A DNA stretch of 36,421 nucleotides, from the NCBI RefSeq assembly GCF_001194135.2, contig NC_069002.1, positions 34,695,484 to 34,731,904 on the forward strand, read 5' to 3'. A program made the translations under genes and the position numbers. The stretch's first letter is position 1; each line of letters opens with the position of its first letter. Positions 24,017 to 34,960 of the stretch are shown piece after piece. Under the pieces are notes generated by a model. That model saw only the letters and a program-made list of their open reading frames with translations. It had not been told where the DNA came from and made no database searches. This DNA comes from Octopus bimaculoides. Taxonomy: Eukaryota.

Positions 24017-24595
24017 ATGTGAGTTTTTGTGTGTGTAAGTGTGTAACTGTGTATGTATTTGTTTGCATGTGTGCGTGTGTTTGTATAAAATGCATATATA
24101 TGCGTCGAAACCATAATTATATATTTGTCATTCAAGTTAATGGAAATTTTAAAATGTAGATCGAAAAATATAATTCATGATAGAAAAAAGTAACCGTTTA
24201 CATCTTCCCACGCCGCATTGCGAACAGCTGACGAAATTATTAATATTTTATATAATAAGAGAGATACTTTCCTCCAAAATCTTTCATAACTTACGTATTT
24301 TTCCCAAGCATCCACTTCTAAGGAACATTGCTACAGCAATATTGAATAGAATTGAAAGTTTCGTATATCAGTGCATGGAATCCGCTTCAAGTACCTAATC
24401 TTAATTCTTGGCATGAAACTCTACAAAGCATTGCCTCGGTTTATAAAATCTTTGACATAACGATTGCACTTCATCGCACTGAACTTTTGCTCTCTTCTCA
24501 GAATCCCCTAATGGTGGCTACTCGCTTCCGTATAGGATTCACTAACTGCTTTAACATAGACGTTATATAGGAACATTTAGGGAGTAAGTTTAGGA

Positions 24596-24831
24596 TTAAC
24601 CGTTAGCATTCACATAATTCTCTCAAATGCAATGCTTGTTCATTCACTTTGTTTTAAATTAATCCTGCATTATATTTTAGCCCCAAGATTTCCATCGTGA
24701 GATTATAGATTGCATATTTTTGGAAGGACATTGTAGATTAAGGTGTAAGAGACAGGTTCTGGTCTGTTTGAACACAAAACAAATAGCATATTTGGGCCGG
24801 ATATGCCCGTTGTAAGAACTAAAGGGTTTAA
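24596..24831. mobile_element. Non-autonomous TTAA-targeting (piggyBac-like) MITE, about 230 bp
   Basis: Left end TTAA-CCGTTAGCATT (24596); right end AAGAACTAAAGGG-TTTAA (ending 24831). Imperfect CCC-type TIRs with TTAA flanks and no ORF. Confidence 0.7.
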
Positions 24832-25096
24832 GTGTAAGAATTCATACAAAGCTTCCTATCTCATGTTATCATGCTATGCCAGAGGGATTCACATTTAGAC
24901 ATTAACACTCAGCATACAGTATCTATACTAGGTATGATATTCAGTTGCCATGAGAAATAGAAGCTAATGCCTATATCACTTTAAAGAATAAACTATAGAA
25001 ACCAAGTGGACAATTGATAAGCACAAAAATATGTCTGTTTCTTGCATACGTTTATAGGAAACTATGTCTCAAGACGAATACCACAGTTTCTACTTT

Positions 25097-25097
25097 T

Positions 25098-25132
<35 letters not shown>

Positions 25133-25135
25133 TTT
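25097..25135. repeat. (TTTA)n microsatellite
   Basis: Direct reading. Confidence 0.9.
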
Positions 25136-25258
25136 TTGCCTTTCTACCATATATCCACGTTAAGCAAGAGATAGGCAATATTCCATTTTTGTTCTAATCC
25201 TGCTAACGTAAGTTATAAAGAATTTTTACCGAACGAGTCGGCTTTTTTTCTTTTTTAG

Positions 25259-25293
25259 GTGATACTGTTTATTTGCTAAATCATTCATTTCGG
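25259..25293 (+). other. Weak candidate internal exon (35 nt, GDTVYLLNHSFR)
   Basis: Strong pyrimidine tract TTTTTTTCTTTTTTAG, only one open frame, weak donor CGG|GTGGGG; no homology recognised. Confidence 0.15.
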
Positions 25294-27179
25294 GTGGGGT
25301 AGTTCCTATATTTATTAAGTATTAAGGTAAATTCATTAAGCGCTTGACAGTGAAAACTTGCCACTGATGACTCACACGATAGCAAAAACCTAGATTTAGA
25401 AAATAACGTTGACGCTGTTACTACCGACTCTACCACAAACAATGATAGATAGATATTATGTGTGTACATTTATCAATATACAAGTTCATGCACTGAAACA
25501 GAAATGTTAAGTAATCTATTTAAGTCGCCGAAACAAGAGAGAATTCAGCAGAGTTTAGTAATTGCATAATATGTATTTACGAGACTCCATAAATTCGAAC
25601 CGAAGCCCAACATTATATTCACAAGAAATTAAAACAAGAACAAAACAGTAAGTCTTACCGCTGTGCAACATATGCAGTAGGTGTAATTAATTGTTTTGAA
25701 TTTGTCATCAACAATTCTGAAGGGATTGGAATTAATAAACACGGAAATAAACAATATTTTGAATAGTAATAAAATCAAGAACATCTCACAGCAGAATACA
25801 AATATATTATTATTAGAGAAATAATAATAAAGAGGGGGAAAGAAAAAAAATTCTCAAGAAGGAATAAAAAAGTAGAGTGAAAGCACAAATTTTAAGAGAT
25901 TTTCAAGAAAAAATTACGATTACGAATATATATATTTTAAATTGTTTCATTTTACAAAGATCTACTTGCAGCAAATAGCTATATTCTGAATGTAAATATT
26001 AATGTATAGATGTATGTGTATATGTGCGTGTGAGTGTGAATGTGTTTGCATGCATGTCTCTCTCTCTCTCTCTCTCTCTCTCTNNNNNNNNNNNNNNNNN
26101 NNNNNNNNNNNNNNNNNNNNNNNNNNNNNNNNNNNNNNNNNNNNNNNNNNNNNNNNNNNNNNNNNNNNNNNNNNNNNNNNNNNNNNNNNNNNNNNNNNNN
26201 NNNNNNNNNNNNNNNNNNNNNNNNNNNNNNNNNNNNNNNNNNNNNNNNNNNNNNNNNNNNNNNNNNNNNNNNNNNNNNNNNNNNNNNNNNNNNNNNNNNN
26301 NNNNNNNNNNNNNNNNNNNNNNNNNNNNNNNNNNNNNNNNNNNNNNNNNNNNNNNNNNNNNNNNNNNNNNNNNNNNNNNNNNNNNNNNNNNNNNNNNNNN
26401 NNNNNNNNNNNNNNNNNNNNNNNNNNNNNNNNNNNNNNNNNNNNNNNNNNNNNNNNNNNNNNNNNNNNNNNNNNNNNNNNNNNNNNNNNNNNNNNNNNNN
26501 NNNNNNNNNNNNNNNNNNNNNNNNNNNNNNNNNNNNNNNNNNNNNNNNNNNNNNNNNNNNNNNNNNNNNNNNNNNNNNNNNNNNNNNNNNNNNNNNNNNN
26601 NNNNNNNNNNNNNNNNNNNNNNNNNNNNNNNNNNNNNNNNNNNNNNNNNNNNNNNNNNNNNNNNNNNNNNNNNNNNNNNNNNNNNNNNNNNNNNNNNNNN
26701 NNNNNNNNNNNNNNNNNNNNNNNNNNNNNNNNNNNNNNNNNNNNNNNNNNNNNNNNNNNNNNNNNNNNNNNNNNNNNNNNNNNNNNNNNNNNNNNNNNNN
26801 NNNNNNNNNNNNNNNNNNNNNNNNNNNNNNNNNNNNNNNNNNNNNNNNNNNNNNNNNNNNNNNNNNNNNNNNNNNNNNNNATAATTAGACATATATATAT
26901 GTACATATAACTCATAGACTCTCACATACACGCATATATTGAGATGAGAAATAATTGAGCGTGTATGGATAGTAGGTGCGTATATGTGTGCGCGTGATCG
27001 TGTCCAGGTTTCTGTTTGATTATATGGCGCTGTATGTGTTCATATGTTGGCCGTTTGTGTATTGGCGTAGAAGTGAGGTCAGCTAGATATGTAGAAATAT
27101 ATTTAATGTAAGGAGTGTTACTGTGGAGATTTCAAGTCGGATTTTTAAATAATAAATTTATGAAAATGCATACATACAG

Positions 27180-27233
<54 letters not shown>

Positions 27234-27318
27234 NNNNNNNNNNNNNNNNNNNNNNNNNNNNNNNNNNNNNNNNNNNNNNNNNNNNNNNNNNNNNNNNNNN
27301 NNNNNNNNNNNNNNNNNN

Positions 27319-27374
<56 letters not shown>

Positions 27375-28519
27375 GTAACTATGTGTGTGTGCGTGTGAAT
27401 ACACATACACAGGTATTTATGTTATTATGTATACATAAATATCGTTCATAGACGGTTATTGCAAATAATAATTAGCTTGGAAATTTTATAACGTATACGT
27501 ACCACCGATATAGGTTGTATTCATTCATCTCTCTCTACCTTTTCCTTCCTTTCTCTCTCTCTCTCTCTGTATCTCTTTCTCTCTCCCTATCTGTATCTCT
27601 CATTCTCTATTTTTCTCTAACTCTCTCTCTCTTTATATATATATATATCTTCCAACCTCTATTTCTCGCTATCTCTCCCTCTTTCTCTCTCTTATTCTGC
27701 ACATATGTGATTATGTAAATATATAAATATGTAAGAATACTTATACATACATATCTCTATCTATACAGAGGAAAATCTGTATTTGAGAACATACAATTTT
27801 GTGTTTCAATACACAAGGATACGTGAAATTATATAATATTTGCGCGAATATACGTGATCTGTTTGCAAGAGTATTCCGCAATTTAGAACGTTTACGACAT
27901 TATACTGACACACACATGCACGTATGTCCACCGGAATCTATATGTGTATACGTATATGTATATGTGTGTTTGTATTTATGTATATGTACACCCAGAAACA
28001 CATATACACAAGCTCACACGTAGACATATGCAGCCGCGCACATACATATATATATATATATATATGGGAGAATTTACGAAAAAAGCAACAGACGAAGACA
28101 TGTGGTGTAAACAACAAATGGATGTATTAGTTTAACGCTCGGGAATACGCATATTCATGCACGCTCTCATCTTCGCAGAACCTCATAATTTTGTCAACAT
28201 AACCTCATAAATAATGGCAAAAAAGATTATGGATAATATCATCATCCGACCCCTACCCCATCGTCACTGCGATGTATTCATCTGTTTTCAATTATTCGTA
28301 CCTCTTACCCCATGACGCATTTACAACACCATTCTACATTTTATTTTTGTTATTCAATTGAGTTGACTTCTGAATATTATTTCGTACTTACCAACTATTT
28401 TAAAGGTTTAACTCTAACCCTAAAATGCTGGAATATTCTGCAGCAAAATTATCTTGATGCAGTTAACTTTTCTTATTATGTATTTCAAAATAGATTTACA
28501 TGTTTTTATTCACTTACAG

Positions 28520-28537
28520 GACCTAAAAGTAGAGAGA
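28520..28537 (+). other. Candidate 18-nt microexon (DLKVER in phase 0)
   Basis: Acceptor TTTTTATTCACTTACAG|G and donor AGA|GTGAGT; length divisible by 3; no expression evidence. Confidence 0.2.
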
Positions 28538-29065
28538 GTGAGTTGACGTAGTGAAATATATATTCAGTAGAATATTTATTGGCATTTCGTAATTTAGCAA
28601 GCATTTTATTTTCTTGAGTGTTTTCTTAAGTGTTTTGTACTCAAATACTTCGATGTTTCATAAACTAAAGGTCATATATCTTATCAAATCCAGACATTTG
28701 CTAAATGTCATACTATCAGACTATGTATTTGAGAACAGATGACTTCAAACATAAATAGATGTCAGAAATTATTGGCACAATTTTTTTTCGTGCATCTATT
28801 AATTTTCTTAATTAGTAAGGAGAAAGCAATATTTGACCCACTTCGTACTTACTTGATCAACATCTGCAATACATTGTATTATGCACACCTGATTTGTGTT
28901 TTGGCATCTCTGTTCTCGGTGTTCAAATGAAATACTAGTAATGGACACATAAACGCGCAAAATATATTTTTGAAAACACGTGTCTACAAATATCCGTTAA
29001 CTTTTATAGATACGTATTTGCATTTGTATTTGTGGTGTGTGCATTAGTGTGTATGAGTATGTGAA

Positions 29066-29378
29066 GGCGCGTGGCTCAGTGGTTAGGGCATTCGGCTCAC
29101 GATCGTAAGGTCGTGAACTCAATTCCCGGCGACGCGTTGTGTCCTTGAGCAAGACACTTTATTTCACGTTGCCCCACTCCACTCAGCTGGCAAAAATTAG
29201 TAGTACCTGTATTTCAAAGGTCTTGGCACACTCTGTGTCACGCTGAATCTCCCTGAGAACTACGTTAGGGGTACACGTGCCTGTGGATTGCTCAGTCAGT
29301 TTTATGTTAATTTCGCTTGCAAGCTGTTCCGTTGATCGTATCAGCTGTGACCCACGTCGTCGTAACCAACGGAGTGCT
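29066..29378 (+). mobile_element. Near full-length tRNA-derived CORE-type SINE
   Basis: A-box TGGCTCAGTGG (29072), mutated B-box GAACTCAATTCC, CORE-like TTGTGTCCTTGAGCAAGACACTT; tail shared with 22189-22538. Confidence 0.9.
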
Positions 29379-29635
29379 CAAAATGAGTACGTATACCAGC
29401 GTTTGGACATAAACTTACTGTTTATTAGTATTTCTGTCAGGAATGAATTTGATATTTTGAAAAATAATGTTTCAGAATTCTTCTTCAAATGAAGTTGTCA
29501 AAACCTGGAAGCAAACTTGTGAATTAAAACTTTGAGATAATCAAAATTCTTCCAAAGTATTTCAGCAGATTTAAATAGACGGAAAACTGTCAGGCATTTT
29601 GAAATCAATTGAGTATATGTATATATATATATATA

Positions 29636-29873
29636 TGTGTGTGTGTTTGTGTGTCTGTGTTTGCCCCCCCCCCCCCCCACACACACAACATCACTTGACA
29701 ACCGATGCTGGTGTGTTTACGTCCCCGTAACTTAGCGGTTCGGCAAAAGTGACCGATAGAGTAGGTACTAGGCTGACAAGAAATACGTCTTGGGGTCGGT
29801 TTGCTCGGCTAAAGGCGGTGCTCCAGCTTGGCCACAGTGATTTGACTGAAACAAGTAAAAGAGTAAAAGAGTA
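29636..29873 (+). mobile_element. 3' half of the SINE family with an internal TG/C tract
   Basis: CTTGACAACCGATGCTGGTGTGTTTACGTCCCCGTAAC...AAAGGCGGTGCTCCAGC...TGACTGAAACAAGTAAAAGAGTAAAAGAG; homologous to the 19705 and 34852 copies. Confidence 0.88.
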
Positions 29874-29926
29874 AGTACAGAAAATAAAGACTGAAATAAA
29901 TACAAAGATATGGGAGGGGAGACAGG

Positions 29927-30130
29927 GAGGAAGAGAGACAGTGATTGGGAGGAAGCGAGAGAGAGGAAGAGAGACAGTGGTTGGGAGAAGCAAGAAGGAG
30001 GAAGAGAGATAGTGATTGGGAGGAAGCGAGAGGGAGGAAGAGAGACAGTGATTGGGAGGAAGAGAGACAGTGATTAGGAGGAAGCGAGAGAGAGGAAGAG
30101 AGACAGTGAATGAGAGGAAGCGAGAGGGAG
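29927..30130 (+). repeat. Purine-rich minisatellite of alternating 22-bp and 14-bp subunits (about 36-bp period)
   Basis: GAGGAAGAGAGACAGTGATTGG plus GAGGAAGCGAGAG(A/G); units start at 29927, 29963, 29998, 30034 (22-bp only), 30056 and 30092. Confidence 0.9.
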
Positions 30131-30169
30131 ACTGAAATGAAAGAGAAGGTAAATGAACTACAAATAAAA

Positions 30170-30540
30170 GAACTGTGTCATCGTCGTCATAGTGATTAAT
30201 ATAATAATAATTATAAGAAAGTTTCTAATGACGACGATGTTGATTATACTGGTGATGATGATTTCAGGGGTTGTGTCCGTGGTGGTGATGGTGATGGTGA
30301 TGACGATTGTGGTGTGGGACTGGTAATACTGGTTGTGTTGGGGAGTGGAGGTGGTGAGGATGAGGAGGAGAAGCAGGGGAGCCGACGACGTAGATGTGAT
30401 GGGACTCGACATCGACGATGGGGTGGAAAATACTGATGCTGGTAGAAGCGGTGATGCTATTGGTTGCTTATGGTGCACATGCTCATGATGATAATGACGC
30501 CTACGACGGTAAATGGTGGTGGTGTTGACGATGACGGAGT
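30170..30540. repeat. Degenerate GAT/GGT/GAG low-complexity tract
   Basis: Direct reading. Confidence 0.7.
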
Positions 30541-30890
30541 AAGCAACACAAACAATAGTTATAGAAATAACATCCTAGGTGAGGAGGAGTTATTAAATAT
30601 AAGGAAGACAACCAGCCGCAGTTTATGAATGGCCACGCGTACTTTCAGTACTCTGTCCATATATTATTTTTCTATGTCAATAATTCATAACTACTTGTCG
30701 AATCGTAAAATTCTTCCCTTCAGACAGTTTCTCTTTTATCTGATACGTTAGATTTCACGTCTTTCTTCTGCTTTTAATAAATCCTTTCCTTATTTCGTTC
30801 GCTTTATTCTATTCGTTTCAATATTATTTTGTATTTTATGATATACTAGAGAAAATGAATAGGAATAGCCCATATAAACATATAAAAACC

Positions 30891-30948
<58 letters not shown>

Positions 30949-31414
30949 NNNNNNNNNNNNNNNNNNNNNNNNNNNNNNNNNNNNNNNNNNNNNNNNNNNN
31001 NNNNNNNNNNNNNNNNNNNNNNNNNNNNNNNNNNNNNNNNNNNNNNNNNNNNNNNNNNNNNNNNNNNNNNNNNNNNNNNNNNNNNNNNNNNNNNNNNNNN
31101 NNNNNNNNNNNNNNNNNNNNNNNNNNNNNNNNNNNNNNNNNNNNNNNNNNNNNNNNNNNNNNNNNNNNNNNNNNNNNNNNNNNNNATATATATATATATA
31201 TATATACATATATATATACACACATGTAAATATATGTATGAGTGTTTGCATGAATATATAGGAAAATAGATAGATAGATACTTTCTTTTGTCAATATATA
31301 TGTATTTTATTATTTTCTATGCAGAGATAAGTCGGCAGCGTTGTTATTCAGACTCGTATACTTGCATACAACGATGCAAACATTTAACCATAAGAATAAT
31401 AATATCGAAAAATA

Positions 31415-31590
31415 CCATAGGAATGAGAACCCATGTTCGAAATTTCCCCAAGGCACCTGATGAAGGCTGCAGGCTATATCAGCCGAAACGTTGTGTTAGC
31501 AATAAACAAGTTGAGGACAAATATCCGTCAAATGTAAATAATGTAAATAATGTACATCTTCCTTTAAATCTTCAGAAGTTCTTGCAAATA
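31415..31590 (+). mobile_element. Probable Penelope-like (pseudo-LTR or retrozyme-type) repeat fragment
   Basis: Contains the minimal hammerhead below and a short AATGTAAAT tandem (31531-31554). The association of minimal hammerheads with Penelope-like elements is established knowledge; boundaries are approximate. Confidence 0.55.
31452..31497 (+). ncRNA. Minimal type I hammerhead ribozyme motif
   Basis: Stem I GGCAC (31452-56)/GTGTT (31493-97); core CTGATGA (31457-63) plus an extra A; stem II GGCTG/CAGCC with a 10-nt loop; GAAA (31485-88); palindromic AACGTT in place of stem III; predicted GUU cleavage after 31492. Confidence 0.75.
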
Positions 31591-32469
31591 TTATAGTCAT
31601 TGATATCATGGTCAATTGCAATATATGAATTAACGATTTACATTCTCTCCCCAAGCTCCCAAATTCAGCCATAATTTGCTCAGAACGTGTTGGTATATAT
31701 GTAGGTAGGTAGGTAGGTATACCTCTGATAGGTGTATTTGATCTTCAGCCCCTCTGCAAGATATTTTTGTACTTAGCTTATGAAAAATATGTACTAAATT
31801 ACTTTGTTTCAATTACAATTTGTATTCGTCATGACAGCTAGAGAGATAAATTTATACATCATTGTTGCATTTATTGGTGAGTTTTTCAAGGGTAAAAATT
31901 ATGTAGCCGTTACTTAACAGCTTTTCAAAGTTTGTTTATGTAAAATTCTTGATATTGATGGCAACTTTGCAGTTGATGTTTGAGAGATTTACTAAAGAAC
32001 AGAAAAAAAAACAGGCGGTAGATTTCTCACATGCATGATGTCTGCATATATGTATGTTCCAAAATGGACGTAATTTTGGAATTAGACCGGTGGAATTCGG
32101 AATAGCGGCGCGTCTTTGTATGATTTCCAAATACTATGGAGCATTATTCTGAATATTTTTTCATTTCATCTCCACAACTAAAAGGATTCGGACAATGTAT
32201 AAATCTAAGATTTACAATACACAATTAAAAATTAGAAAAAAATTATCCTCTACGTCACAGTAATTATATAAATTATGAGAGCATATTGCGAAAGAACGGA
32301 AAAAAAATGATTCTACATTTGATTGTTTGGAAAATGGACGAAAACCTTTGAGTAGCTTATGATGCTCATGATTATAATACCGTGCGCTTGCTTTCTGTAC
32401 CATCTGATATTTTCATCATTATATTCTATTATTCTATTTAAAATGAGTACCACTTAGTGTCCATGAACT

Positions 32470-32470
32470 C

Positions 32471-32513
<43 letters not shown>

Positions 32514-32535
32514 TCTCTCTCGCTCTCTCTCTCTA
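32470..32535. repeat. (CT)n microsatellite
   Basis: Direct reading. Confidence 0.9.
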
Positions 32536-33376
32536 GATGTCAAATCATGTAGAGAAGGGCAGAAAGAGTTCTTAAATCTGCTCATCTGCGCATAAGTACC
32601 GAGAACAATTTGTGATAGCTTTGTATATGATACAAAGTGATATATATTTTCAATGGAATCCCATGCATTAAGTATGCATAAATACCCATATGCAAGCGCT
32701 TCCAGGCATGCACTCGCTGAGACGATTGCTTGAATTATGATCAGCGCTGACCATAGGCAACAGAAAAAAATGCAGCGAGCAATCGATATAACAAACGTGC
32801 GATTATTCGAAAAATCTTTAACGTTAGATATCAGTTTATCAACACAGTATTTGATGTGGAAGACTAATGATTCAGTCCTTGATACTTTTCTCTACTCAAG
32901 GGTTTGAGAAGTATTCTATAAGACAAAGATCAGAACACAGCTTTGATACAATGATATTGCAATGTAACTTCGAGAGCATCATAATAATATACCGTGTCTC
33001 TGGTCATTCACTAAGCGTGATATATTTCATAACTTCAAACACATGAAATCATATATAAATATATTGTATACAAATATAGCGTATATCTATATTTAAATAT
33101 ATTTTCTTTCCATTGAATATATTTGTATGTCTCCCATCTGTTAGTTTACCTTTGATTCTCTCTCTAAACTCCATCCTTTCACCCTTAAGTTCTGACTATT
33201 AGTTTTTATGGCTTTATCTCTCTAAACGTATTTTGCTGATCTTCCATCTTATTTAATTTCCTTATATTGAAACTCATCGTTTATTTTTGCGAGGATTCAC
33301 TTTGAAAATCGAATCAATTCTTATATTTCTTTGCCGGTATAAAATATATCGTAAATCACATATATACACAAATACA

Positions 33377-33447
<71 letters not shown>

Positions 33448-33904
33448 TATTGGTTTGTGTGTGCATATAGAAATATATGAAGGAGGAAGCGATAATAAAG
33501 CGTAATAAACAAGAATATTCAAGTAAAACTATATTCACCTCTCACACATAGGCGCACCTATATACATAAATACACAGGTAAGTAGATGCGTGCGTACATG
33601 TATATATATGTATATATATATTCACAAACGCACACGCATACACATACTCACATGCATATATATAAATGTATATTTCAGGTTTATGTGTAAAGATAGATAT
33701 TTAGATAATATAATACACATCTGTTTGTACGTATCATTATCTATCTAATAAAATTTTTCGCTCGCTGTTCCCTATGATTGTATCTCACAAACAGAAGCAA
33801 ACCTGCATATACTAATGCAAAAAGCTTTCATAATATAAGAAATAGCAATAAACTCTCGGATTTCTACATATGACATTTGTGTGCGATTTGAGAACATAAA
33901 AGGA

Positions 33905-34200
33905 AGGACTGGCGTAGTTTGGCTAGATTTAAAGATGTGTGACAGCTATATGCAAGAAGACATCTAACATAACTTAGGAAAGGAATAAAATCCTAAGGAG
34001 TGCATGATAAATATGGTAATAACGTACATGATGTGTACACCATGGGGAAAATTTTATATATAGCCACCGTCGATGCTTAATATCAATAAAGTGTATTACA
34101 ATTCAATTCAGTTAATTTTATGTATCCCTAGGAATTCACTTTATATACTGATTATCTCAAAGTTCATATTTATTCTAGCGTGCAATAGATTATGTTATGA
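33905..34200 (+). pseudogene. Possible very decayed reverse-transcriptase relic
   Basis: VWLDLKMCDS (33917; cf. WLDY.KAFDS) and FIFILACNRLCY (34163; cf. LFIL..NPLS) at plausible spacing; no clear YADD-type motif. Confidence 0.3.
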
Positions 34201-34639
34201 GGAGGAAGAATACACCGAAGGAAAATGCTATAGTTCAGCAAACTGAGAGCCAACTGGGGAACAGCTGTCGCAATAACTTTCCGCTTCTAATATTCTGAGG
34301 AATATCACACCAAATGAAAGGTACACTATTGTAATATTCTTCTTAGATGCCTTCATCAAATTTATATAATAATTGTATCTTATTGTTTTTGCTATCAGTC
34401 GCGTTTATGGCCGTTTGTTTCTGTTTCTACACGATAGGCATTCTGATTACAGTGTTACTATTTAAATTGCTTGTACAAAGAGTTAGACGGGAGCACACTG
34501 TGTTTATACACAATCAAACACAAACGCATATATGTATGTAAGCGCAGACATACGCACAGAGACACACACATAGATGCGCGCGCGCGTGTGTGAGCGCGTA
34601 TGTGTGCATTTGTGCGTGTGTATGCGCGTATCTTTTAAA

Positions 34640-34723
34640 TAATATAAATGTACACATATATATATATACTTATACATGTACAAATGCATGCATATATATA
34701 TATATATATATATATACACTTAC

Positions 34724-34767
<44 letters not shown>

Positions 34768-34786
34768 GCATATACATATAAATATG

Positions 34787-34823
<37 letters not shown>

Positions 34824-34835
34824 ATACATAAATAT
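34640..34835. repeat. Interrupted (TA)n microsatellite
   Basis: Direct reading. Confidence 0.9.
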
Positions 34836-34851
34836 ACATTTTTTCTTTTAT

Positions 34852-34950
34852 TTTTACTTGTTTCCGTCATTTGACTGCGGCAATGCTGGTTCACCAGCTT
34901 TAGTCGAAATCCCCGCCCCAGGACTTATTGTTTGTGTGCCTAGTACGTAT
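34852..34950 (-). mobile_element. 3' terminal SINE fragment (family of 29636-29873)
   Basis: The reverse complement GACCGATAGAATACGTACTAGGC...TCGACTAAAG...GCAGTCAAATGACGGAAACAAGTAAAAA aligns to 29751-29860. Confidence 0.85.
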
Positions 34951-34960
34951 TCTATCGGTC

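Noticed and set aside
27799-27920. Protein-like stretch YVKLYNICANIRDLFARVFRNLERLRHY
   Set aside because: Short, runs into a TA/TG repeat, with a weak acceptor and no known motif
29066-29140. tRNA gene interpretation of the SINE heads (also 22460-22538, 7330-7408)
   Set aside because: No complete cloverleaf, no poly-T terminator, and each continues into a SINE body
32057-32081. 9-bp inverted repeat TTCCAAAAT/ATTTTGGAA (a similar 11-bp imperfect one is at about 10313-10341)
   Set aside because: Short AT-rich stems are expected by chance and have no supporting context
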